From: Octopus bimaculoides
Lineage: Eukaryota
NCBI RefSeq assembly: GCF_001194135.2
Contig: NC_068983.1
Location: 54,929,467-54,993,466 of the forward strand
Reading direction: 5' to 3'
DNA length: 64,000 nucleotides
Positions within the stretch are counted from its first letter, which is position 1, and each line of letters starts with the position of its first letter. Below are positions 41,469 through 53,411 of this stretch, one piece after another. A model generated the notes under the pieces. It was not told the DNA's origin, did not search any database, and was given only the letters and a program-made list of their open reading frames with translations. A program made the position numbers and the translations under genes.

Positions 41469-42399
41469 TAGAAAGAAGACAATAATGGTAGTGGTAAGGT
41501 ATCAGAACATACTCTAAAGGTAGAAGCAGGTGAGTATAAGAGAGAATATTGACAAAGAATCAAGGAGGGTGGCCAGATAAGTTGATTATTGTGGGAGAAG
41601 AGAAGACAGTTTGAGAAGGTTATAGTGAAAGGAGGAACAAATATCTTATATCTTTTACTTGTTTCAGTCATTAGACTGTGGCCATGCTGGGGCACCATCC
41701 TCAAGAATTTTCAGTTGAATGAATCAATCCCATCACTTATTTTCCTTTTTTCTTTTTAAGGCCTGGCACTTATTCTGTCAGTCTCTTTATTGAACTGTTA
41801 AATTTTGGGGATGTAAACACATCAACACCAGTTGTCATGCAGTGGTCACTGACACACACACGCACACATTTATACAGTGGGCATCCTTCAGTTTCTCACA
41901 AAGCTTTGGTCAGCCTGAGGATATGAGAGAAAACACTTTTCCGAGGTTCCATGCAGTGGGACTGAACCTAGAGCCATGTGATTAGGAAGCAAGCTTCTTA
42001 CTGTACAGTCATGCTGTGCCTCTTTCACTTTCTATCATCATCCCCATCATGATGATGCTGGCATGAGTCTGGCAGTTTGACAGGGGCTGGCAAACCAGAG
42101 GACTGCGCCAGGCTCCATTGTCTGTTTTGACAAAGTTTCTACAGCTAGACACCCTTCCTTATGCCAAACACTTTACAGAGTGTACTGGGTGCTTTTTATG
42201 TGGCACCAGCACTGGTGAGGTTGCCAAGTAACTTGCAAGACAAAGACTTCTTGACTATGAGATGGAGTCATACTGAGGAAAGTGAATTTGTGCCAGTTGA
42301 GTAGTTAAAATATAATAGCAGGATGGAAGTAGGCCTCTTAGTATAAGAGGAGATACTTCTTCGGTTGAAAAAGAAAGGAGAGAGGGAGAAGTAGATGGT

Positions 42400-42660
42400 A
42401 CATTATTTGCATTATTTACAATTGACAGATATTTGTCCTCATCTTGTTTGTTGTTAACACAATGTTTCGGCTGATATACCCTCCAGCCTTCATCAGGTGT
42501 CTTGGGGAAATTTCAAACCTGGGTTCTCATTCCTAAGGTATTTTTCGATGTTGTTGTTGTTATTATTATTATTTTTATTCAGGTCACTGCCTGGAATGGC
42601 GTAATGGTTAAGAGTGTGGACTACTAACCCCAAGATTCTGAGTTCAATTCCAGGCAGTGA

Positions 42661-42717
<57 letters not shown>

Positions 42718-42908
42718 CAACAATAACATTGAAAAATACCTTAGGAATGAGAACCAAGGTTCGAAATTTCCCCGTGACACCTGATGAAGGCTGGAGAGTA
42801 TATCAGCTGAAACATTGTGTTAACAACAAACAAGATGAGGACAAATATCTGTCAACTGTAAATAATGTAAATGATGTACATAATTCCTCATCTCTTAAAT
42901 ATAGAACT
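42400..42908 (+). mobile_element. Foldback retroelement: inverted ~200-bp arms with Penelope-like hammerhead motifs around a tRNA-like head; 12-bp TSD
   Basis: Arms 42398-42597 and 42647-42879 are reverse complements. A-box TGGCGTAATGG at 42597-42607, B-box GAGTTCAATTCC at 42640-42651. GAAGTAGATGGT occurs at 42388-42399 and 42909-42920. Confidence 0.85.
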
Positions 42909-42999
42909 GAAGTAGATGGTGTTGGAGATGCATTAGGACCTACCTACAGGGAACAGTTGGAGAATATACGTGGTGGTACAGAGGGGATGTGTGTGTGTG

Positions 43000-43031
<32 letters not shown>

Positions 43032-43208
43032 CTCTCTGAGTGGTTGGCGTTAGGAAGGGCATCCAGCTGTAGAAACTCTGCCAAATTAGACTGGAGCCTG
43101 GTGTTGCCATCCGGTTTCACCAGTCCTCAGTCAAATCGTCCAACCCATGCTAGCATGGAAAGCGGACGTTAAACGATGATGATGATGATGATGATGATAT
43201 ATATCATA

Positions 43209-43246
<38 letters not shown>

Positions 43247-43429
43247 CATATGTATATGCATATATAGATATACATACTTATAAATATAGACAGATAAATA
43301 GATGTACATATTATCATCTCTTTATCCCAAATTTTGTTGGAACTCCTGGAGCCTTGCATGCATAACAGGCTTACTACCTGCAGCCTATGGTACCATGCTA
43401 TTAGTTCTTTTCAGCTTCATCTAATACTT

Positions 43430-44275
43430 CCCTGATTATTGTGGCCATCCTAAGGAGGCAAACCTTTTGTAACAGTTCTACTGGGCACTCCGTTCCAATT
43501 TCTTTTATATTCCTCTTGATCCCTTCTGATACTGTTCCCAAGGACCCAACAATAATTGGCCCTATCTTCACCTTCTTCATTTTCCATAGCTGGGCTCTTT
43601 CGTATGTAATAGGGTTGTATCTATCTATTTTTTCTCCTTCCTTCTTGACTATGTGTGGATCAAAGGACTATGCAACATCAACTATGTAGCATCTGTGGTG
43701 CACCTTGTCCACTACCACTAGGTCTGGTCTGTTATGCTCTAGCACCTGATCTGTTTGGATTGGGAAATCCCAGAGGATTTAGCTAGTCTCCGACTCTCCC
43801 ATTCTTTGCCGTCTGTGCTCATAACACATCTTGCCTCTCTCTAGCCCCCACTTTTCACAGAGTTTCCAATGTAGCACTTCCACTACCTGGTCATGTCACT
43901 ACAACTTGTAGTGGTTTCAGGCAAGTTTAGGGCATTCGTTTGTGATGTGGGCAATGCTTTCATCCACTTTATTGCGGATGCGACACAACAGAGACACTTG
44001 CTCGTTCCTAAGGTCGACCCTCCAGTTCTTGGCCAAAGCTTGGTCCTGCGCTGCCACTATAATGCTTTTGGTCTCTTTTTTGTGGGGGTTCCTTTCATTA
44101 GCCAATCCCACTTATTTATTCCAGCAACCTCTGTTGTGGCTACATGAAATTGATTGTGTAGCCCCTTGCTGCGTAATTCTTCTTCAAGTCCTTTTTGTAC
44201 TTCTTCCTTTGTTTTTCCTTTTTTCTTTGCTTTCAGTACTTCCTCATTCCTAACTGTCACTAGCAAGGTTTATCA
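43430..44275 (-). mobile_element. R4/Dong-like RLE non-LTR retrotransposon fragment (CCHC knuckle plus PD-(D/E)xK endonuclease)
   Basis: Minus strand, with frameshifts and stops: KGLHNQF...ETKSIIVAAQDQAL...LCRIRNKVDESIAHITNECPKLA...ILWDFPIQTDQVLEHNRPDLVVVDK...CYIVDVA...EGEKIDRY...IGPIIVGSLG. Confidence 0.85.
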
Positions 44276-44637
44276 TCATCATCATAATCATTATTATTAT
44301 TATTATTATTATTATCATTATTTAATAATAGATTGATTTGGCTCTGTGCAACTTAGTTTTATTGGCTTGTCATATGAACCTAACTTATTAGGCATAGGCG
44401 ACCGAATGGAGAGATAGAGGAATTTCAAAATGGCTACTGAAAATTGTGCTGCTATTTGCAAGGCAGGTCACATGGTGTTGTTGATATTTGTATTAAAATA
44501 TCACCATCAAATAGAAATCTCAGTCTGTATGTCTTGGACCACATGGTTGGACAGGATATTGGTGGCATCTTGCTGTGTAGGTAATGGGACGAGAATCTCT
44601 AGTAGCAGTCAGTGTACATCAGGGGTGGGGGATATGA

Positions 44638-44688
44638 TACTGTGTAATGTCCATTACTGTGTAATGTCCATTACTGTGTAATGTCCAT
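44638..44688. repeat. Perfect 17-bp tandem repeat x3 (TACTGTGTAATGTCCAT)
   Basis: Units at 44638, 44655 and 44672. Confidence 0.95.
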
Positions 44689-46069
44689 ATAATTTGAATG
44701 CTAAGGGGTTAAAAACCCTTCTTTCTTAACTGTCAATAGTGTGTTTATCCACAAGGCTAGGTGATTGCTGTTAATTTAATAATAAAGTTTCCAAGTTCAG
44801 TTCCAGCCAGGTATTATATACATATTGGTTTCAGATTTTCGAACAAGGTCAATAATTTTGGGGGCGAGGGTAAGACGATTACATCGGCCCCAGTGCTCAA
44901 TTGGTGCTTTATTTTATCAACCCTGAAAGGATGAAATACAAAGAATGACAGATGAAATATTGCCTGGTGTGCTAACGATTCTTATTTCTTTATTGCCCAC
45001 AAGGGGCTAAACATAGAGGGGACAAACAAGGACAGACAAAGGGATTAAGGTGATTACATCGACTCCAGTGCATAACTGGTACTTAATTTATCGACCCCGA
45101 AAGGATGAAAGGCAAAGTTGACCTCAGCGGAATTTGAACTCAGAACGTAATGGCAGACGAAATACCACCAAGCATTTTGCCTGGTGTGCTAATGATTCTG
45201 CCAGCTCACCACCTTAAGTATTATGTGCATATTGAAAAATAGGTTCCCGGGGAGTCATACACTGCCAGATAGTTATAACAATATCTGTTAGAGCAACAAC
45301 CATCATACAAAAGACAGATACAACAGTGGCAAAAGACAGCCTTATAACATTAATATGATTTTATGTTTCTCTGTCTAAAACCTTCTTACATGGTGTTTTT
45401 CTTTATCGCATTAAGGGAGGCACACTACAAATGAACTCTTTAGAATTTAATGTTTTTATGAATTTTATTTGACAAATTTTGTGCCAGTGGCATGTAAAAA
45501 GCACCATCCAAACATGGCCAATGCCAGCGCCGCTTTGACTGGCTTCCGTGCTGGTGGCACATAAAAAGCACCAACTGATTGTGGCCGCTGCCAGCCTTCT
45601 CTGGCCCATGCTGGTGGTACATAAAAAGCACCCACTACACTCACGGAGTGGTTTGCGTTAGGAAGGGCATCCAGCTGTAGAAACACCGTCAGAGCAGACT
45701 AGAGCTTGGTGCAACCTCCTGGCTTGCCAGACCCCAGTCGAACCATCCAATCCATGCTAGCATGGAAAACGGATGTTAAACGATGATGATGATGATAATG
45801 TAAATATATTTTGTTTCAATTTGTAAGATCCATTATCATCATCATAATGTCCCCTTTTCCATACTTGCATGGGTTAAACAGGATCTGTTGGATGCCCTTC
45901 ATGTTACCAATCTACACTGAGTCCCCCCTCACAGTAATATTTCCTTATAACAAACATGTTTTCAAGGAAGGTTGAAATGAATGACACTGCTTGTACAATG
46001 GTGTCATTCATTTATAACTATCTCACAATGTCAACACTTGGGAACACACACACAAACATGCACAAACAT

Positions 46070-46141
<72 letters not shown>

Positions 46142-46427
46142 GGCTTCTTTCAGTTTCTGTAGGCCAGATCTACTCAGGAGGCTGTGGCAGAAGACATTCA
46201 CACAAAGTTTCCATACAGTGGGGTTGAACCTCAAAACATCTGGCTGGGAAGAGGACTTAACCCCCACACCCATGTCTGCACCTATGAAGTTGAAAGAAAA
46301 CACAAGTTTATTGAGGAACCATATTTAATTGATCAATTACTACCATTTTACACCTTACTTGAGGTCTTTGACTGATTCAAAGAAACCCAAGTTGTGTGAG
46401 CATGGTCCATCACTCATTAAAACCTGT

Positions 46428-46491
46428 ACTTTGAACAATGGACTTTGAACAATGGACTTTGAACAATGTACTTTAAACAATAGACTTTGAA
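46428..46491. repeat. 14-bp tandem repeat x4.5 (ACTTTGAACAATGG)
   Basis: Units at 46428, 46442, 46456 and 46470, plus a partial unit at 46484. Confidence 0.9.
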
Positions 46492-47907
46492 AAATATTTA
46501 TCTACCAAGAAAAATGTCTGGCACCTGAATTGTTGTTCTCTTTTCCCTTCCTTTTTATGCCATAAATTATTTCTTTCCCTGTATAGAATTTATTCTTTGA
46601 GTGGGTGTATGACTATTGTTAGAATCTTTTTAATGGCTGTAGTCTTAACCTTTGTTTTATACTAAGTATAGAACAATGCATGTTTTTTTTTTTTTATCTC
46701 TTATATGAAATCATAGATTTATTGTTTTCCGTTCATTCAGTTATTTGAAAATTGGTGTGTTTTCTTTCTTTCTATAATTGCCAATTAAATTATGAACCAA
46801 ATTGGTGTTGCTGTGTACGATAATCAATTAACTGTCCATCATATTGTATATTGATGTCTGGACTTGCTCAAAGAAGCTAAAACAATATATTTTCTTTGTG
46901 TGCAAGCTTCTCAGGTGTGTCTTGAGAAGTCTTTACCAACCAGAAAGAATTTTTAGACTGTTATTTTGTTGTTGCTGTTGCAGAGGTTTTTGTTGTTGTT
47001 GAGTGTCTCTGCTGTCAGCCCCGAACACATCTGCATTGTGAAAATAATCAATCAAATTAGCTTAAAAGCATTTCTTAGGTCATTTAGTCTAGAGACTTTA
47101 TATTTTTATATTGTGACGTTACAGAGTCTATGCTGCATGCTCTGACCAATGATGGTTGATTTTTGTGAAATATAAAGCAACAATCAAAGCTTATTGGATT
47201 TATCTTAGTCTCCAGTCTGTTTGTATTTACATGAAAGGTTTAGTGCTGTCCACATGAATCTTTTATCTTTTGTTTCAGTCATTAGACTGCGACCATACTT
47301 GGGTACTACCTTAATTGGTTTTAGTTGAACAATTACAGGGATATAAACAAACCAACACCAGTTAAGTAGAAGTGAAGTTCAAACACAGATACAAGCATGC
47401 ACACACATAAATACATACATACATACATCACATGTGTATGTGTAAATGAGATGGGCTTCTTTCAGTTTCCACCTACCAAATCTACTCACAAGGCTTTGGT
47501 TGGCTTGAGATTACAGTAGAAGACACTTGCCCAAGGTTCCAGCAGTAGGATAAAATTTAAACCATGCAGATGTAGTTAAGAAATAAACTTCATAGCACAC
47601 AACTTTGCTTGTGTTTATGTATGTGTGTTTCTGTGTGTGTATGTATGTATGTATGTATGTATGTGTATATATATATATATATTCTATTCTACTTTGGGCA
47701 CAAGGCCCGAAATTTTTGGGGAAGGGACCAGTCGATTAGATTGATCCCCAGTATGCGACTGATATTTAATTTATCGATCCAGAAAGGATGAAAGGCAAAG
47801 TCAACCTCGGCAGAATTTGAACTCCGAACGTAACAGCAGACAAAATACTGCTAAGCATTTCATTTCACCCGGCGTGCTAATGTTTCTGCCAGCTTGCTGC
47901 CTTGTAT

Positions 47908-47944
<37 letters not shown>

Positions 47945-48206
47945 ATCATCATCATCATCATCATCGTTTAATGTCCACTTTCCATGCTAGCATGGGTTGG
48001 ACGATTTGACTGAGGACTGCTGAACCAGATGGCTACACCAGGCTCCAATCTGGTCTGGCAAAGTTTCTACAGCTGGATGCCCTTCCTAACGCCTACCACT
48101 CCAAGAGTGTAGTGGGTGGTTCATACATGCCACCAGCACGAGGGCCAGTCACACGGTACTGGCAATGACCACGTTCATGCTCAAAAGGTGTTTTTACGTG
48201 CTACCA

Positions 48207-48268
<62 letters not shown>

Positions 48269-49629
48269 NNNNNNNNNNNNNNNNNNNNNNNNNNNNNNNN
48301 NNNNNNNNNNNNNNNNNNNNNNNNNNNNNNNNNNNNNNNNNNNNNNNNNNNNNNNNNNNNNNNNNNNNNNNNNNNNNNNNNNNNNNNNNNNNNNNNNNNN
48401 NNNNNNNNNNNNNNNNNNNNNNNNNNNNNNNNNNNNNNNNNNNNNNNNNNNNNNNNNNNNNNNNNNNNNNNNNNNNNNNNNNNNNNNNNNNNNNNNNNNN
48501 NNNNNNNNNNNNNNNNNNNNNNNNNNNNNNNNNNNNNNNNNNNNNNNNNNNNNNNNNNNNNNNNNNNNNNNNNNNNNNNNNNNNNNNNNNNNNNNNNNNN
48601 NNNNNNNNNNNNNNNNNNNNNNNNNNNNNNNNNNNNNNNNNNNNNNNNNNNNNNNNNNNNNNNNNNNNNNNNNNNNNNNNNNNNNNNNNNNNNNNNNNNN
48701 NNNNNNNNNNNNNNNNNNNNNNNNNNNNNNNNNNNNNNNNNNNNNNNNNNNNNNNNNNNNNNNNNNNNNNNNNNNNNNNNNNNNNNNNNNNNNNNNNNNN
48801 NNNNNNNNNNNNNNNNNNNNNNNNNNNNNNNNNNNTCTATCAAAATTTCACCTTAATTTATGTTTCAAATACCAGTTTATTAATGACAAAATCATTTTTA
48901 TAAATTCTTCCCTATCTTCAAAATTAATTGAAACAAGCACAGTGCATCATAATCATCATCATCATCATCATCGTTTAACGTCCGCTTTCCATGCTAGCAT
49001 GGGTTGGATGATTTGACTGAGGACTGGTGAACCGGATGGCTGCACCAGGCTCCAATCTGATTTGGCAGAGTTTCTACAGCTGGATGCCCTTCCTAATGCC
49101 AACCACTCCAAGAGTGTAGTGGGTGCTTTTACGTGCCACCTGCACAGGAGCCAGTCCAGCGCGGCACTGTGCATTTTAGCAAAATAACAAACCGGTTAAA
49201 ATCTCAGAATTCAGACCTGATTCTTACTATTTTCAATTTGTATCATATATATTGCAATCTATCTCTGGCAAAGGGTTGTTGTTTTTCTGTCTTCTGCTCG
49301 GAGTAGTCTCTGTAGATAACACTAATAAGATGTCTGTAACATTTGTAAAGAATGCATTCATAAAATAATTGCTCGTGTTTATGAGAGAAAAAACATTTTA
49401 TAAACACTTAATAAAAACAATGTAAGTGAAGAATAAAACGAAAATCAATGATGTATATGATTTTTCCTTTGAGGCAGACAGACTTGTATAGTTTCTATTC
49501 ATTAAATTACATTTATCCTTCATTTTTTTCTTTTTTCATATTTTTGATTTTGTAAAATTTCATGTGTGTATATGCACAGACATACACACACATGCACGTT
49601 AGATATATGGTGGTATATATATATGTGTT

Positions 49630-49660
<31 letters not shown>

Positions 49661-50199
49661 GTGTATGTATATATATAATACAAATAATAAATGAGTATAT
49701 GCATATATACGTACATGTATGTACATACTTGCATCTACCTGTATATATAGATGCGTATCTGGGTACAGGACATTGTAAACAAAGCGTAGACAAAATGATA
49801 GACGAGTACAGAAAACACACAGGCCATATATATATGGTTGAAATTTATAAAAAAGCAAAATACGAAGACAGGTGTATGAACAAAAAACATGTGTATTAGT
49901 TTGACGCTTGGGAAAGTGAGGAAATCTTTTTTGTTTCAAGTCTACGCTCTTCAACAAAAAGGAATAAGAGAAAATAAATAGAGCGAGAGAATGAAAAAAA
50001 CTTGTAGATTTAGCGATCAAGCATGAAAGATAGATAGATAGATATGACAGGCTTCTATGCAGTTCCTGGCTACCAAATTCACTCACAAAGCATTAATGAA
50101 CTCTGGCTTATGATGGAAGACACTTGCACTGAAGGGATTGAACCTGAAACGTGTCATTGGACATCTCCTTTTTTATGTTGGCATGGGTTGAGTTGGTTA

Positions 50200-50515
50200 C
50201 CCTTCAGTGTGGAGAAGTAGTGGCTTGACCTGGAGAGACTCCCTAATCTCTGAGCTGTGCTATCTGTCGAGTAACATTACTCCAGAAGTCCTTTGGAGGA
50301 AGCCCTTTTGAGCCACTTGTATTCATAATCATACTCTGTCAGTCATTGTCCAGCATCCATGACCATACATAAGGATTGGCTCAATAACCGAATTGAAGAT
50401 AACAAGTTTGGCTTTTATACCAACCTCTCCTCTTTTCAGGATCGAATGAATCCGTCCCATTACTGTGACTTTGAATTTATGAGCCACTTTGCCAAACTGC
50501 CCCAGCCCTCACGTA
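50200..50515 (-). mobile_element. Degenerate RTE (Expander/Rex3-like) LINE fragment
   Basis: Minus strand reads AKLVIFNSVIEPILMYGHGCWTMTDRV*L*IQVAQKGFLQRTSGVMLLDR*HSSEIRESLQVKPLLLHTE, the PILxYG..W motif after the RT domain. Confidence 0.75.
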
Positions 50516-50646
50516 TTCACAGACAGACACATACACCTCACCATTTACAAATATAACATTTCCCTTTTTTTTTTCTTTTTTGATTTGTCTGTAAATTTTA
50601 TTTTTTTTTTCAGCTTTCTCATACCAATTCCTTTCTTTATTTCTAG

Positions 50647-50708
50647 GGTATTTTTTCTGATGTCTTTGAACTTCATGCCACAGATGTGGACAAGAACAAC
50701 CAGGAAGA
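50647..50708 (+). CDS. PDE11: Internal coding exon (phase 0-2, 62 nt) of the same PDE, GAF-B
   Basis: Polypyrimidine acceptor cctttctttatttctag, donor GA|gtatgt at 50709. Translates GIFSDVFELHATDVDKNNQE(E), similar to the GSFSRVFDFEANDL segment of insect PDE11. Its phases link the 5757 and 60937 exons exactly. Confidence 0.88.
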
Positions 50709-50845
50709 GTATGTATAAATGCTGACCATTATTTTGTTTCTTGTTATTATAATTACCAGCTTGCTTATAAGAAAAAGGAGAGAGTTTGAACAAAGTACCT
50801 TGTGGTATTTACATCTTGTTAAAATTTGGGTTCATTCTGCTGGAG

Positions 50846-51044
50846 CAGTGGCTTTCAACCACAGTTTTGCAGGGCTGCATGTGGCCCTCAAGCATCCTTC
50901 TAATGGCCCTTGAAGGTCTTCCCTTTATAAATATTATAGTTTTTCTTTGACATGTCTTGCATTTTTTGCATGGCTCCCCACTCCCACCAAAAAATCCAGG
51001 CCTTGGGTCTGGCTTGAATATCAAGAAAAGACTGAGAACCACTG
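50846..51044. mobile_element. hAT-type MITE immediately downstream of the 50647 exon
   Basis: CAGTGGCTTTCAACC at 50846 and GACTGAGAACCACTG ending at 51044 form imperfect TIRs. Confidence 0.6.
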
Positions 51045-52479
51045 TTCTATGGAGTTCCACAATTTCTTGCCCAGATAATTTGTTTATTGTGATCAAATGT
51101 TTTTACCTGGCACTAATTAGCTCACTCCCCACATCAAATTGATATCGTCTGTATGAATGTATAATGGTGTTAACATGCTGGTTGTCAAAGTGATCACAGA
51201 GCTATGGGAAGGGAAGTGTTTTGCTTAAGAACACACTTGGCCGCATGTCTTCACACACATACTTGTTCTATACTTTCACACACACATGTTGAGACGCGCA
51301 CACACACACTCACACACACACATATATACCTGTTTATACCTTCACACACAGACCCCACCACAACCACCACACACATACATGTAATATACATACATACTTT
51401 GCGATCACCATCACCACATCTCCCACCTTTCATATACTACCACCACCACTACCACCACAACCACTAATACTGCTACTACTACTATCTGAACTGAAAGTAA
51501 TAGGACCGAACAATACACAGGGAAGGACTTAGAATGTAAAAAGATATATAAATTTATTACTGAAAGTTAATACAAGCCATGCACTTTGGAGAAACCAAAA
51601 TATTTTAAGGTTTCAATAACTAGCAGCAGAACTACTACAAACGGATTCTGTTTAAAATTGTGTAGGTGTTGTTTCCAAGTACTTAAATATCAATAGATTG
51701 TTACCCATAATGTAATTAGTTGAGTAAAGCAAACCAATTCTCTTCTCAAACACAGACAGACACGAGAAAGATGATAGTGTATATAGATAGTGCAATTCAA
51801 GAATTCAAGCAGAACATTCTACAGCTCAGTAATTCAATAAGGAATCATACATGTTAGAATTACAAACTGGATTCAAAGAAATAATAGTTGTCAGATTTAG
51901 GAAAACCATTGTGAATATATGTAATTGCCATCTAACTACATGTATTGTAATACTGGCGTTATGCCGAAGTTGTTTATCACCATCAATTATTATGGAGCAC
52001 GATACTATATACCAAGTGCTTTTAATAAATTATAAATGAATGAATCGTTATTCCTATCATCATCGCTGGCAGTGATGATGGTGGGGAGTTGATGTCCTCA
52101 GACTCAATGCATTTATTGCTTCTTCATATTCTTTATGGGATAAATAAAATCAGTGGACCCCCAGTTTCTTTTATGTTGCAAGAAATCTATTTTAGCCCTG
52201 TAGGAAGTGAGGTTCGCACTGGATGGGTGCCTCACAATTCTTTACATAGTCGTGGAAGGAAAGATCTGGGATTGTAAGTAGAAGACGGTTGCCCAACATG
52301 CCACTCAATGGTACTGAACCCAGAACCATTTGGATGCTAAGCAAACTTCATAATCACACAACCATGCTTGTCTTTATCAAATCTCTGAAACCAATCTGCA
52401 AATTCTTGTTTCTGCTGTTGTAGTAATTCTTACATGGTTTCTGCGTTGCACACATAAACACAACTTCAGTTTTTCTTTG

Positions 52480-52524
<45 letters not shown>

Positions 52525-53028
52525 GTTATTTCTCTCGTATCTTTTCCTATCATGATTTAGTTTGTTACTTTGAAAATGTATATCGTAATAGAATCTCTGA
52601 ATCTTTGTTTTTTTTCTCCTCCTTCGTTGTCGTAACGTGTTTTCTTGATTTCCATGGAATGGTTTATTATATGTTTATGTTTTTTTTTATTTTGTTTGAT
52701 CTTGTTTTCATTTTGTTTCTTTTTTTTGTTGCTGTTTTGAAATATTAACATCACTGTGTACATGTTAACAGTTCAATGTAAATGCAAACATGATTGTCTG
52801 CTTAACCCTTTAGCATTTAAACCGGCTATATCCAGTTTTACATTCAAACTGGCCAGATCTTGCCTTTCACACTAACCCTACTATGTCATTCTACAAATAA
52901 AGAATTACACCATCAAAATCTCAGCTACAAAATAATCTATGTTTAATACAAAACAAAGTATATAAATAGGATTTGATGGAAGGAAACTGAAAGAAGCTTG
53001 TCATGTATATATATGTGAGAGAGAGAAA

Positions 53029-53083
<55 letters not shown>

Positions 53084-53411
53084 TGACAACTGGTATTAGT
53101 GTGTTTACATCCCAATAACTTAACAGTTCAACAAAAGAGACCTCAAGTATCAAAACCACAGAGTGATCTCAATGCTAAGGTTGAACAAGCTTGCTTTGTG
53201 GCCATGTAGTTTTCGGTTCAATCCCACCAAGTGGCACTTTGGGCAAGTGTCCTTTAATATAGCCCTGGGTCAACCTAAGCATTATGATCATGATTAGTAG
53301 ATAACCCCTCAAAGAAAACACTGGTTCTATACCTTAATTTAATATGGACTAGGTTGGATAGCTTGACAAGAGTTGGCAAGGCCAGGAGCTGCACCAGGTT
53401 CCATGTATGTA

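Noticed and set aside
50420-50512. Strong-looking acceptor with ORF DRMNPSHYCDFEFMSHFAKLPQPS
   Set aside because: It is the antisense strand of an RTE LINE fragment and has no good donor.
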